DNA of 64,000 nt from Raillietiella orientalis (Eukaryota), in the NCBI GenBank assembly GCA_036172245.1, contig JAYWIR010000029.1, positions 62,001-126,000 on the forward strand, given 5' to 3'. Positions 52,400 to 64,000 of the stretch are shown piece by piece. Position 1 is the stretch's first letter; every line of letters starts with the position of its first letter. The translations under genes and the position numbers were made by a program. The notes below the pieces were generated by a model. The model was not told the DNA's origin. It ran no database searches and saw only the letters and a list, made by a program, of their open reading frames with translations.

Positions 52400-54850
52400 T
52401 GATATGTCACTATAGATGCGTCAGTGAGCTTCATTCACTAGGACTGCGTGACATGTGGCTGTGCGATTCAGTACCAGGATAATAACAACGGCATGTCTTC
52501 CAGCATCCAGTCAAACTCTATCTCCACCGTTCGGTGTCAAGAGTCTTGGGTCTTTTTTATTCTTCTGCAAGCCCTGCCGAGGGGATCGCTCCTTCAATCA
52601 CACTGTTCCCAGTCAATGCAGGCTACAACAACATGACCTGGAGGGCGGGCACACGAAGCAGTCGTGTTCAGCAAGTTCTTCACTATGGATATGAAGAACA
52701 CTCTGCAGATGGAGTGATTTTCAGAGATGCTAGCTTTAGAGATGGTTGCTTTCAGCTATCTAATCAGGTTTTGAGGCGTCGTGATTGTTCCAAATAGCTA
52801 CATGATCATGCCGAACCCTTTTCAAGAGTCGGGATTCCTACGAATTTCAGAGAACAAGTTCCGGTTCTCTTGGAGCAGTGGATGTACTGTAGTCATCACC
52901 ATCTGCTCTCCTAAATGCGCCCGCATCCGTCTGCAACGGGTGATCCGAGTTTCAGACGCTGCGCTCAGAAAGCAACAAGTTGTACGCGAAGGTGCGCGCA
53001 CGCAATCTTAGCGTCCGTTACTGGGGTGAAACCACTAGGTAGACCTCAACATGTATTTATAGCACAGGATCGAGAGCCAAAGGCTGCACGAGACCCAGGC
53101 CTGTTGTAACCCTTCTAAGGTCGAAGCCATGTGCCGTTGCACGTGGCTCCGGAAGACATGCGAGGCACTCCTTCGAATGTGCGATAGCATGGCCCTTCTT
53201 TTCGAGAAAGAGAAGATTCTTTCAAGAACAGGACAGTTGGCGTCTGATCGCCTCGGTGCACATGATTGCCCTGGTTGCTCTCTGAGCTACAGAGCATGCG
53301 CGAGTAGTTCAAGGTAGTGCTTTTAAGTCCGTGACCAACAGAGGGAAGATCTACGGGCTGCAACCGCTCTAGTTAGGAGCACATGAACAATCAAATGAAC
53401 AGTCCTCCCCTTCTCACACCCGGTTACAGCAGAAAAGTGCCCAGGGTTTCCGGTGTAACCCAAGTGCCCAGAAGGCCTAAGGTACCCTTAGATACCAGCG
53501 ATCTGCTTCATCTACAAGAAACGCTGGCCTTTGCGGAATAACGGTTCCTAATGGAGCTGCGTTCTTAAGATGGTGTTCCTTCGTCTCCGGCGCAGTGAGA
53601 GTCACCGTCCTTCTTAGATGGCGCTTGGAGTGTGGTGTTGGAGGGGTGGGATCAGAGGTAGGGTTGTCTGAGTCCTCGGCTTGTAAACATAAGAGTCCTC
53701 AGGATGGCGTAACAAAGAATTTCCCGGAAGATCTAACTTCGTCCTCCCACACCAGGAGGCGGGAACGAATCTCCTGATCGATGGATCGAGTGACTACTAG
53801 AGGACAAGTTCGTACACTCGCCTTGCGTCTCACTGGAGCTCTGATGCGACTTTTGTTCAAGCATGCAGCCATCTGCAGAGGATCCTCTTCGCCTCATTGT
53901 TGAGACCACAGTCGGCTGGACGCCCCCAACTTAGCCTCTTAAGGCAAACTGCAAGTCTGCTGGAACAGCAGTGTCCTCGGATTTTTTGTCACCCTAGGAA
54001 CATTGAAACTTAGTCGCAGGAGACAGTGAAGCAGTGATCTGCTTGGAAAAGGACTTATACGTGCCATTAGGCACCTGGGAATGGTTTCTCTCGCAGCAGT
54101 TCAGTCACTAGAACAAGTAAGCTGCTGGATTCCTTCGTCAGCGGTTCTGTGCCTTCTTCGGTTGAGGATAGACAAGACCACCCACCTCAGCTCAGGAGGC
54201 AAAACTACGATTCCCATGGACTACAAGATCCATAGACTACTGAAGACCAATTCAGAAAGCCACAGGTAGGTGGTGGATAGATACTGCAATGCCTGAGGGC
54301 ATTTCTTGAAATCCTGCTCATTATTGGTGACGAGTCATCGAGTGCTATCCGCTATCAGCACACGGTACACTTGGGGCCATCCTGAGGACTCGCTCACAAT
54401 GAAGTGTGCCCCATAATGCTTTCAGGGGAGCAGCCGAGGCAGAGGAGCCGTGTAGAGGAGCAACCCCCTATGAATGCTCGAGCCGCAGGTTTCTTCATCA
54501 GCTACTCTAGTAAGGAAACTTCGACTCTGATGATAATGCACGGCGGACAAGCTTAATGAAGTCCCCAGCTTTGATGAGCTGTTTAATTAGTGCAACGACA
54601 TTATCCGCCAGATGAACAAATAGTGATCTGTTGCGTACACGGAATCTGTGCAGGATTGCCTGGAGTAGCAGGCTAACAGGGTCAGGAATCCGTCGTCAAT
54701 ATGTCCTTTCCTCATGAGATGAACGACAGGTTGGTTCCAGACTCCATCCTTGATCTCGACGGCTCAGTGCGGTTCCGCGTAAACTTTATCAGTGACTTGC
54801 ATCACTTCCTGTTCCTCCTGGTCGGAATTCCGGCAAGTCATACAAACCGA
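52400..54850 (+). mobile_element. Probable decayed non-LTR retrotransposon
   Basis: GC-rich, stop-riddled block; 'EVCP*CFQG' near the 3' end resembles a C-terminal zinc knuckle. No intact RT motif recognised. Confidence 0.35.
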
Positions 54851-57398
54851 CTCTGTCTTTCTATATTGTTCCCCCATTAAATACTCTCTCCTCCCTTCCC
54901 GTATTAAGGTCCATGCTGTTCTTTGATTCTGTTGTGAATACCTATGTTTAGTAAATGGACCAGTTTCTTCAGAACGAAAATCTTAGAGAAAAGCGTTTTT
55001 CACGATTAACTATTTGTAGAATAGAAAATCGTTAGATTCTGGAGCAAATCCCATCACAGGTATTGATTCAGAAGCAACCTTTTCCAGAAAACTCTATACG
55101 TCAGCTGCAGCCTTCTACAACTTCCTGTCGTTGGCAAATACTTGTCAGAGGTTTCATGCATTTCTTTATTCCGACACCGTGAAACCACTAGTCGGAACAC
55201 AAAAGTCTCGAAATCCGATGAAGTAGCAGCTTTGCCTACCTTTGCCTTCACATAAGATCCTTAGAAGCATGCCAATCCTTCTTGGTTGGCAAGTGCCCTG
55301 GAAGATCGTTGGCTCGGTTGCTAACTTTTCACAGAGATCTACTACATTTTGTAAGCACGTGAAAACTGCATTCGGTAGTTTTTCAACCTGTGTTCTTCGG
55401 GATAATGAATAACGAGGGTAAACAAAGCGAATCTTCTCTCGTGTTACTTTCTGAGCGGCTATCAGTTTCATATGCGCATTTTTTGAAGCCCAGTATCTAC
55501 TTCCCTGTTCGGTTGCCTGGAGTAGCAGGCAACAGGAAAGTAGTTTGCAGTATTTAATCTCAAGACACAAGTGTGCAATGCTGAAAGTGCTTGGCTTATC
55601 TAGGACGAAGACAAATGTGGACCTTAAACAGTGCATATTGTTCAAATACGTTAGATACTAGACTTCAAGATGCACGTTCGAATCGGAAAAAGTCTTTACA
55701 TAGTCTTGGTTCATCTTTGGTTCCTATTCCGTAGAGCCTATCCAAAAAGTAGGTAAACTTTTTGTAGTGCATACTATCCACTTACAGTAACTTTCGAAAA
55801 TACAAAATAGAACGCTTTTCCTTTCTTCATAACAGAAGGTAATCATATCACGCTTTGAAAACTTTGTTTTGCGATGTAGGGATTTTTTTTCATTAATCCT
55901 TTACTATCATGTGTTATTTATGCAGGTGAAGTTAAGTTTTCTTTCTGCAGTATCTTAGTTTGCAATTGATTAAAGAATTGCTTTTATAATTTATTAATGA
56001 GCATTTTCCAAAAATCCCAATTAATGAACAGCGTTATAAAGTCTATCAGAAACAGAGCCGGCAGTAAAATCAAGTGTCTTTGTAGAAAATTATGAAAACA
56101 TCAAAAGTAACTGTTTAGTCTAGTAACCGATAACCGATTTCCAAACGATATGCCCATTTTTTTTATATTTTGAAAGCTTTTGGCTACCATTCAGATCACG
56201 AAGCACGACTTAAAGTTTTCCAAGACTCGATATATGAGAGATTTTCCACAATCTGGAGACAATAAACCGATACAGAATAAATGAAGATCTCTGCACTGAG
56301 TCCAGTCTTGAACCTTTTTGATCTAATATCTGTGTTCAGCTGGCATGCCGAGCATGCCTAGTGTTGCATGCTAAAAGAAATAAATGCTTTCGTGTAGTTT
56401 TTATCTAGGAAAGCTGAAGTGGCTCAATTCATTCTAAGATATTTCTTTTACAGCAGTCTTACAGTTTAGGGTAAAATTTATCATGCTGTCCACTATGGGA
56501 TCCGGTCCACAACCGGAATCCTAAGATTCTGCAACTTGTTTCCACTGAATGCTTCAGTACACCATGGTACCTTAGTAATGATGATGTAGTAAAACTGAAA
56601 ATTTTGCTGAAAAGTTGCACAGTGGCCGCGAATCTATTCTATTCTGGAAGATAGCTATTGCTTTATTTAAAATAAAAAGATATTTGCTCAATTCTTCTTA
56701 TTTCCTGGTGGTTTAAGCGAAAAATTCCAGTTCATCTGTAGTGTTTTCAATTTTAATACAACAGACAGCAATATAACTGAGAAATTTTCGTTTGGCACCG
56801 ACGGATGAACTACACGGCGGATCCACGTCCTGGGAGGCGGAACAGAATTCTAAAATTTAACTTTTCATACCCTAAAATCAATACCATTTACTCAAAACTT
56901 ATTTCTGACAGTACAGACTATTATTGCATGTAATTAAACTTTTCCGGTTTTGTTTGTAAACAAAAGCTACATATCTCCAAAACGATGACTATCATCACTT
57001 GCGTGTACCAACGACAATTCTCTCAATGTTTGAATGTGATATTGCTGCTATTTGCAGTATTGAACTTGAATTATCAAGCATCTGTGTTATGCAGTGATGG
57101 AATCTAAGCAAATGCGTTTGGGTGGCAGTTTGATTTAATCAAAGTGTGTTGTTTTACAAATAAGACCGTAGTTCAATCAACTTTTGCAATCATCAACGAT
57201 AGTTTTACGTTGATGATTGTAATGTAACTCGCATCCTGAATTATAAAAAATACGTGAACAGTGATGTAGGAATTTGTTGAATGAGAACAATAAAATAAAG
57301 ATAATATATGCACGAAGAAACTATTTCTGACTTAAAGCGGTTCGTAAGGGACATTTAAAATTCATTTAATTTTGAAGATTTCTTCATATTTTAGGAAA

Positions 57399-58730
57399 AT
57401 GATGTTATCCGGCATATTTATAGCTTTTATGTTCACTTTGTCACTTTCATTACCCTGCTGGTTGAAGTATATACCATTTGATAGAAATTCTGGGACAATC
57501 AATAATGAACTTACACTGCTGCAAAAAAAATTTTTTATCCCTTATTTTTTGGCCCTGATGGCTGACTGGCTTCAAGGTCCATATGTGTACAAATTATATC
57601 AAAGTTATGGCTGTGATGCTTCCCAAATAGCCCTTCTCTACACCACTGGCTTTATATCAAGTGGCATTTTAGGTACTGCAACTGGACCATTTTCAGATAA
57701 TGTTGGTCGGAAGAAAGCTTGCTTATTGTACACTTTATTTTATATTCTATGTTGTTTGTCAAAACTAAGTGCCAACATGGGAATTCTCATAATTGGAAGA
57801 ATATGTGGTGGGATTGCCACTTCAATACTTTTTTGCAGTTTTGAATCCTGGTACATTTATGAGCATTTGGAAAGGCAAAAACTGCCAAATCTTTCCATAT
57901 CTTATACATTTTCAAAAGCAGCTTTCTGGAATGGTATAATGGCAGTCTTGGCTGGCATGCTAGCAAATTTATTTGCTGAGTATTTGAAGTTGGGACCAGT
58001 AGCACCATTTCTTTTAGCTATACCATTCTTAGTGCTTGTAGCTTACTACATTGAGTATACTTGGGAGGAAAACCATGGAAATCCTGATGAGTTGATTCTG
58101 CTGTCATGCTCTCAAAGTATTAAACTAATTTTCAAAGAAAGCAAAGTGCTATGCTTAGGCATAGTGCAATCATCAGTGGAATCAATAATGTATATTTTTG
58201 TATTCATATGGACTCCTACATTGTCTCCATTAAAACCACCCTTAGGCATTGTGTTCTCAATCTTTATGATTTGTTTCATGAATGGATGTCTTTTCTATGA
58301 ACACCTCATTTGGAAAAAGTATTCACCTCAAAAAATACTGTTTTGGAATACTGTTTTAGCAAATGTCACTATGATTTCGTGTGCTATAGTATCACATCCT
58401 GCAGTAGATCAACCTTTTTTTTTATTTATCTTATTTTCAATTCTTGAATTTTCTTTTGGTATTTATTTTCCCAACATTGCATATCTCAGAAGTCAAACTC
58501 TGCCTGAAAATCTTAGAGTTAGTATTATGAATTGGTTCCGGGTACCAGTAAATATCTGGACGTGTCTCATATTACTAGTCTTGCAATATAATTCAACCGA
58601 AGCAATGCATTACGTTTTTTACTTTTGTGAGCTTCTTGCAATTCTTTCAGTTGTGTGCTCCCTCAAGTTAATAAACTTTAAAGAAATGAATCCAGATTCT
58701 GAGGAGAAACCTGATACAGACCTGATATAA
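57399..58730 (+). CDS. MFSD5: Molybdate-anion transporter (MFS, MOT2 family), 443 aa, single coding exon
   Basis: Long hydrophobic ORF with 'ADWLQGPYVYKLY', 'GRICGGIATSILFCSFESW', 'ESIMYIFVFIWTP', 'RVSIMNWFRVP'. First ATG at 57399 follows a TTTTAG acceptor (57394), implying a 5' UTR intron. AATAAA at ~58782. Confidence 0.95.
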   Translation: MMLSGIFIAFMFTLSLSLPCWLKYIPFDRNSGTINNELTLLQKKFFIPYFLALMADWLQGPYVYKLYQSYGCDASQIALLYTTGFISSGILGTATGPFSDNVGRKKACLLYTLFYILCCLSKLSANMGILIIGRICGGIATSILFCSFESWYIYEHLERQKLPNLSISYTFSKAAFWNGIMAVLAGMLANLFAEYLKLGPVAPFLLAIPFLVLVAYYIEYTWEENHGNPDELILLSCSQSIKLIFKESKVLCLGIVQSSVESIMYIFVFIWTPTLSPLKPPLGIVFSIFMICFMNGCLFYEHLIWKKYSPQKILFWNTVLANVTMISCAIVSHPAVDQPFFLFILFSILEFSFGIYFPNIAYLRSQTLPENLRVSIMNWFRVPVNIWTCLILLVLQYNSTEAMHYVFYFCELLAILSVVCSLKLINFKEMNPDSEEKPDTDLI

Positions 58731-61590
58731 ATATATGCAACTGTTTGGTTATGTGCACAAAAGTTGTTTTTTCTTGTAAACAATAAAAAAATTTGTATTT
58801 TCGTTGGTGTTGTGGAATCTCAATGAACACTTGCACTTTTTCGAGGCAATCGGGAGCTTTAAAATACCAAAAAAATCAAGCGCACTTACCTTGACTATTC
58901 GAATGGAAAGAGGTGGTCATGGAAGGCAACTTAACAAAAAAAGGAAAACAAAAGACAAAACTACTATGGAATGTTTGCGATTAACACAAACTGGGCATAA
59001 ATTCATTACAATATGATGCAAACACACACGCGCAAGAAGGAAAAAAAAAAACGATGGAAAAACGTTAAATTCCGAAAGAAGCTCAGGTTAAAACAAAAGT
59101 TACGCAACACCCCAACGGCACTGACAGGCACGCAGCTGCTCATGCGTAGGGCAAAATTTGCGCAATTGTAAAATGCAATTTCCGTTCCGGCAAGCAGCGG
59201 TTCCACGAGGGAAACCCCTAAGAGAAATGGCTCCCAGCGAATTTCCGGTTAGAGCGGCCGTAAATGAAGAAATCGTAACCGTGCCGACAAATTTTTGAAC
59301 TCTAATAAAACCGTAGTGCATGATGAATTTTGCGTCAGCGACTTGCGTCAGGTCTCATAGCTGTCTCATAGGTTATAAACCTTAAATGACAACAACTCCA
59401 AAGTTTGCAGCATGCGTCTCGGTTTCCATGAAAATCATCCACATGAAGGTTTTTCGTTTCATGACATAAAACTGCCGAAATTTTCGAACTTGTCTGTGTG
59501 AATCTAAATATGAAGTATTGTCAAAGGAAACTTACATGTAAATACACTGAGGGTGTGTTACATTCAGAAATCAGCAGAACATGCAGTAAATGGACGAAAG
59601 CATTGACATCAGCAGTGAAGTGGTGAATTTATTGACACGTGATTTCTCATTCAATGTGGTATCAAAAAATCTTGCAAATGCTTCGAAAAGCGCATCCATG
59701 GACTACATCTGCTCAATATTTCATCAGAAACCTATAATGTTTCGGTTTTCACTTCTTAAAGACTGAATGTATCAGAAAAATCATTCAGAGTCATCCTCCA
59801 ACCGGATAAATAACCTTTACAAAGTGTAAATTCAGAATGCTTCTATCAGACTTTAACACGAAAAGCTTGCATAAGAGTTTATATGGAAGTGCAGGAAAAT
59901 TTAAGGGCCCACCGAAAAGCCATTCCGTCAGGAAAGAGCTTAAGAAAGTAGAAGGTTGCGTTAAGAAGTATGATTAGAATATAGGTTCTTTTTGGTAGAT
60001 GGAAGAACCTGAAGAAAGATTAGTAATGTCAGAGACATGACTGTCAACATTTGTCCGCCATCTGCAGAAACCAAAGGAAAAAAGGGGGCCGAGGTTCATG
60101 TTATGACAACCAAAGAGTGTTAGAGTTTGCTATAGTTAATAACATCTAAAGTGAACCCAGTGCAGGTCAATGAAACACTAGAAACCAGACCAATCTCCAA
60201 ATCACAGTCGAATGGATTCAAAGAAACCAAAGCAGCATCGGGAGCTTGTAAAAGCCAGCATGACTGTAGAAGGGGAGGCACAATAACAAATGCAATTCCT
60301 TTTTGAAATCAATGACTGCACTTTATTTTCACTCTTGAAGCAAGGAAAGCCAAAGAAACACCTAAAAACCGTCCATATCTTTGCATAAACATTACCACAA
60401 TGACCATACATCTTTAGAAGGCATATATGCTTTGTTTGGGCTTCGAGTGATTTTCCGAGATCATGATGGATTCTTTAAAATGCAGGGAAGAGTTGAGAAA
60501 TACACTCCCTAGTTCTATTGCATTCAAATCGATGATTTGTTTTTTTAGCGAGGTTATAATTACTATATTCCGAATCTCACAAATACTTATTAGAGGCTTG
60601 TAAAGATTATAGAAAATTCACTCTGTTCATATACTTCTAATAACGCTTGAAGTTTACCGATAGGAGGATTCAAGAAAACATGGTAATGTTTACGTAATGT
60701 CACAACCTTGTCATTTTCTGGAACAAACTAGGTGTGATTTTCTTTGTCAGAAAGATAAAACAAGGAAATAAATGGAATCTAATCTATTTATACATGAAAG
60801 ATTGCATGAGGAGTAGAATTTAAAATGAAGTAGTAAATGGAATCAAGTTCTTCGGATCAAGGAAGAAGAGGAGTATCATTATCTTCAGATTAAAGATTCC
60901 TTTTTTCCAATTCTAATTCTTATTATAAGATGAAAGAGTGCAACCGAAAAATTCGTGTAAAATGCATTCAAAATTTCAAGAAATCAAAGTATCTTCGAAT
61001 TGGTAAATGATGCAATATGACCTGTGTCCATATTAAGCTCCATAATTTAATACACAAAACCTTGACTCTACGAGCAGAACATTCTTCTAAATTCATACTT
61101 AAGGTTTTCGATTCAGTAAAAAAAGTACTCAGAGTATGAGCGGCTTGCATGCTTTGATAGTGCCCTTGGGTGAAGGAACCTCTGGATTTCGTGATAAGAC
61201 AATAAATGACAGAATTTCAGGATGAAAGATTCCGAAGTGCTAACAACTCTGATAACCCATCTAATCATCTGCCTTTCGTGGGAACACCTTCCTATTCCGC
61301 ATACACAGCTTGCTTGAACTGGGCTTTTGTCAAACGTTCAAGGATCAATCCATCTATCTCAATTCGACAAAAGAGTCGTTGTTGTCATGGAACTCAACAA
61401 ACAAGAAGCTCATCTTATTTAGTGAGTCATGTCACTGAAATCCAAGGAGGCAGGACTTTATTGCTCATTGTACATTTTATCGACATCACTGGATAACTGT
61501 CATCGTTGCTGGCGGCGGACGTGTTCTTGTAGGCAAAGTCATTTGGGAATGGATCGAATTCACTTCTTGGGGAAGAGAGTTGAAGCTTAT

Positions 61591-64000
61591 TTAGCGGTAA
61601 CTATAATGCTTATCACAGTTTGGCTTGCAGGGCATGTTGAAAATCTGGTGCTCCACGTGTATCCATTTATTTAAAACTACAAGATGGGAAAGATTCGATT
61701 ACTTTCAATCTATGGTACTGTCCAGATAAACAGTTAAGAACAAATAATGCTATTAGTCACATAATATTCTTGAGGAATCTAAAACAAAAACAAAGAAAAA
61801 AAAACATAAACATTTTCTATAATATCCAAGCATTTCCAATGAACGAGAGGATTGGGCTTGTTCTCTTAGAAGTGGGGAGCGACAGGAGAGAGAGAGAGAG
61901 AAAAAAAGGAGATAATGATACGGAAAAGACGGCATATTGAAAATTTTGCATTTTGCAAACTCAGGCTAAGAACTCTCTTTGGAACCAAAGCGAGCCTCCA
62001 ATTATCTTGAGGAAAGCAATTTTCACCAACGGATCTGATTCCCGAGAGAGAATTTCTACTTCTACTGAAGCATTTATGTTAAACATTAAGATTTTGTTAT
62101 AGTGTGGGGTGAGATTTCGTTATTTACAACAAGGAATGGTTTTAACAATCTGCCTAACAATGTACGGCTCACAGCGCAAATATTCTGTGATAATAATTGT
62201 GCATCAGTTCATAGTATCCCTGACTTCCACAAGTACTATGGAGGTCAACAACTTTTGGGGCAAATAGACGACTGCACGGTACAGGCAGATGAACTAATGC
62301 ATGACATGTTTTCATTTTTAGAGGTATTAATTGTATAATACAAACTCCATTTGGATCCATAAAGTACAGGGCATCCTCCATGATGCAACATCATATTGGA
62401 TTCGCCTTTGGGGAGGAGATTGTACCAAAACACAGCGTCTCCCTTCCTAGGCCATGTGGCTACTCCGAGTAGACTGAAAGCCGTGGCACCTCCAGCTTCG
62501 ACATCATTCAGCTGAAACAGAGATGAAAATAAATAGGGGGGCTTGTGCCTATAGACGTCTTACATAGACCATGAAAGTAGCCAGGCGATCGGGGTGCTTC
62601 AGAGGGGCATCGGGATGCAAGGTGTATGTACCTCCGACTCCATAGTTAGCAACTTGAAACAATTCGGAGGAGCGCTCCTCCAGAGTTTCCAAGCCAGTAG
62701 CCAGGGAGATCCGCCTTGAAATGGTGTGAATCAAGGGATCTTCATTGTCTTCGAGCCAAGCCCTGAAACGCAGCTTCTCAAGTCGCAGTTCAGATTGGAG
62801 ACTTCAAACTTTCTCCGAATCGCGCGCCCGAGTTTTCTAGAGTCGCATGAACGCTTCGCGCTGCTCCCCGAATACTAAGGTCCCTTGGGGTGGTTTTCGA
62901 GGGTGCATTTTCCTTTCAAGTGCTGGCATCCAACTTCCTCGAGAACACAACAGGGAATGCTGCTGTCTCGCTTGTTTCCATGGTCGCTGGGGCTGCAGTC
63001 CACTTGCATCAAGGTCGCGGTAAGATCGCACATCATGGGAATCCCTCCAAAGATCTGATGATCGATCCGTTCGAATCAGTATGTCGGATGCTATTCGAAT
63101 GAGTAAGTCGCGACTGATAAGTCAGGAGCGAAGTACCGCCAACTCAGCAAGGGAGCGGAAGCAGGTTTCCGCTGCCTTCCAGAGTGGCTGAGTCACGATT
63201 CAGTTCTGGTCAGGAGAACTTGTCCTCCGCTCCTCGAATAAGAAAAGCTCCCGAAAAGATTACTCTTTAGGTGGCATCTCCGGAGACTCGAAGGAAAATG
63301 AGTGGAGACGTACAGGCGCCTTCCAGTTCTATCATCCCTGAACTCCCTTTTCTCAACTGCCCCTAAGGGGAGCTTCACCCACTTGGCGACCGGGAACGGC
63401 ACCAATGAGCGTACATGGTGGCCTCTCCACGATTCCAGGTCTGCTCTGACGTCAGAATTTTTCTCATTTCGGAATGACCACCAAGCCTCTTTACAGGAAT
63501 GGACCATGTCGTTCCTGTAGGTAAGGGAAGGTCAATATTTCTTCAAGGAACGTGTGACTACTCGATAGGATCGCCGTGCCTTTGCCGTGATTTCTCATCT
63601 TCCTCTTTCCCTACCGCAAGGGGAGATGGTTCAATAGGGTTTTCTTGCAAGGACTCTGGAACAGTCCAGAGCCATTGATGCTGTCATCCACAGGTCGAAA
63701 TTTGTCTGGCGACTATCCTGCTCTCCGGCTAAATCAGGAGTATCTGCACCTCCGTTGGTACCATCCGGATGGTGTGAGAGATGGGAGATCCTCTGCTCTT
63801 TCTCCCCCCTCCCCTCCTTCTCCGCTTTCCTCTTAAGCCCAGGCTTACTGTTTGCTGGTCCTTTTCCATGACACGACGAAGTAGCCATATCTGTCGCTAT
63901 GGCCACTCCGGAAGAGGCGATGAGATGCCATCTTCTTGATGCGCTCCATTTCCTGCTCGTGAAGGAAATCGTGGAAAATGAGGATGTCGGGAGCGACGTG
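61591..64000 (-). CDS. Prolyl 4-hydroxylase subunit alpha-like (2OG-Fe(II) dioxygenase), 5'-truncated by the window edge
   Basis: complement(join(61591..61676,62346..62511,62564..62762,63849..>64000)), phases consistent: 'PDILIFHDFL...RTSKQAWL...FQVANYGVGGTYTLHPD...RLATFMVYLNDVEAGGATAF...LHHGGCPVLYGSKWILNKWIH'. Fe ligands HxD...H and the 2OG-binding Lys are intact. Confidence 0.93.
62800..63800 (-). mobile_element. Decayed LINE-like fragment in a P4H intron
   Basis: GC-rich, interrupted coding-like sequence ('NGGADTPDL' resembles GGLGxPD) filling the 1086-nt intron 62763..63848. Confidence 0.35.

Noticed and set aside
54475..54510. Minus-strand CTGATGA-A-GAAAC hammerhead-like core
   Set aside because: No stem II, and stems I and III do not pair properly.
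58884..58896. ACTTACCT resembling the U1 snRNA 5' end
   Set aside because: No downstream U1 sequence or Sm site; better explained as a minus-strand splice donor.

Overview
Eukaryotic (metazoan, probably arthropod) genomic DNA in the standard genetic code. AT-rich islands carry intact conserved genes: eIF3c (-, 10 exons, 891 aa), a UBE2E-family E2 (-, 5 exons, 189 aa), MDP1 (+, 4 exons, 187 aa), MFSD5/MOT2 (+, one coding exon) and the 3' part of a prolyl 4-hydroxylase alpha gene (-, runs off the right edge). Between them lie decayed non-LTR retrotransposons (several L1/Tx1-like copies, one RLE-type R2/NeSL-like copy) and decaying lineage-specific genes. The main hidden element is an ~11 kb multi-exon DEG/ENaC (pickpocket-like) channel gene (-, 49895..38922) with an apparently enlarged Cys-rich ectodomain and several in-frame stops. 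Other notable points are very short GT-AG introns (41-53 nt), an 87-bp near-identical copy of eIF3c exon 2 with its acceptor just downstream of the gene, and a degenerate kringle-like repeat gene. All gene models were built by hand from splice signals and reading-frame continuity; no database searches were run.
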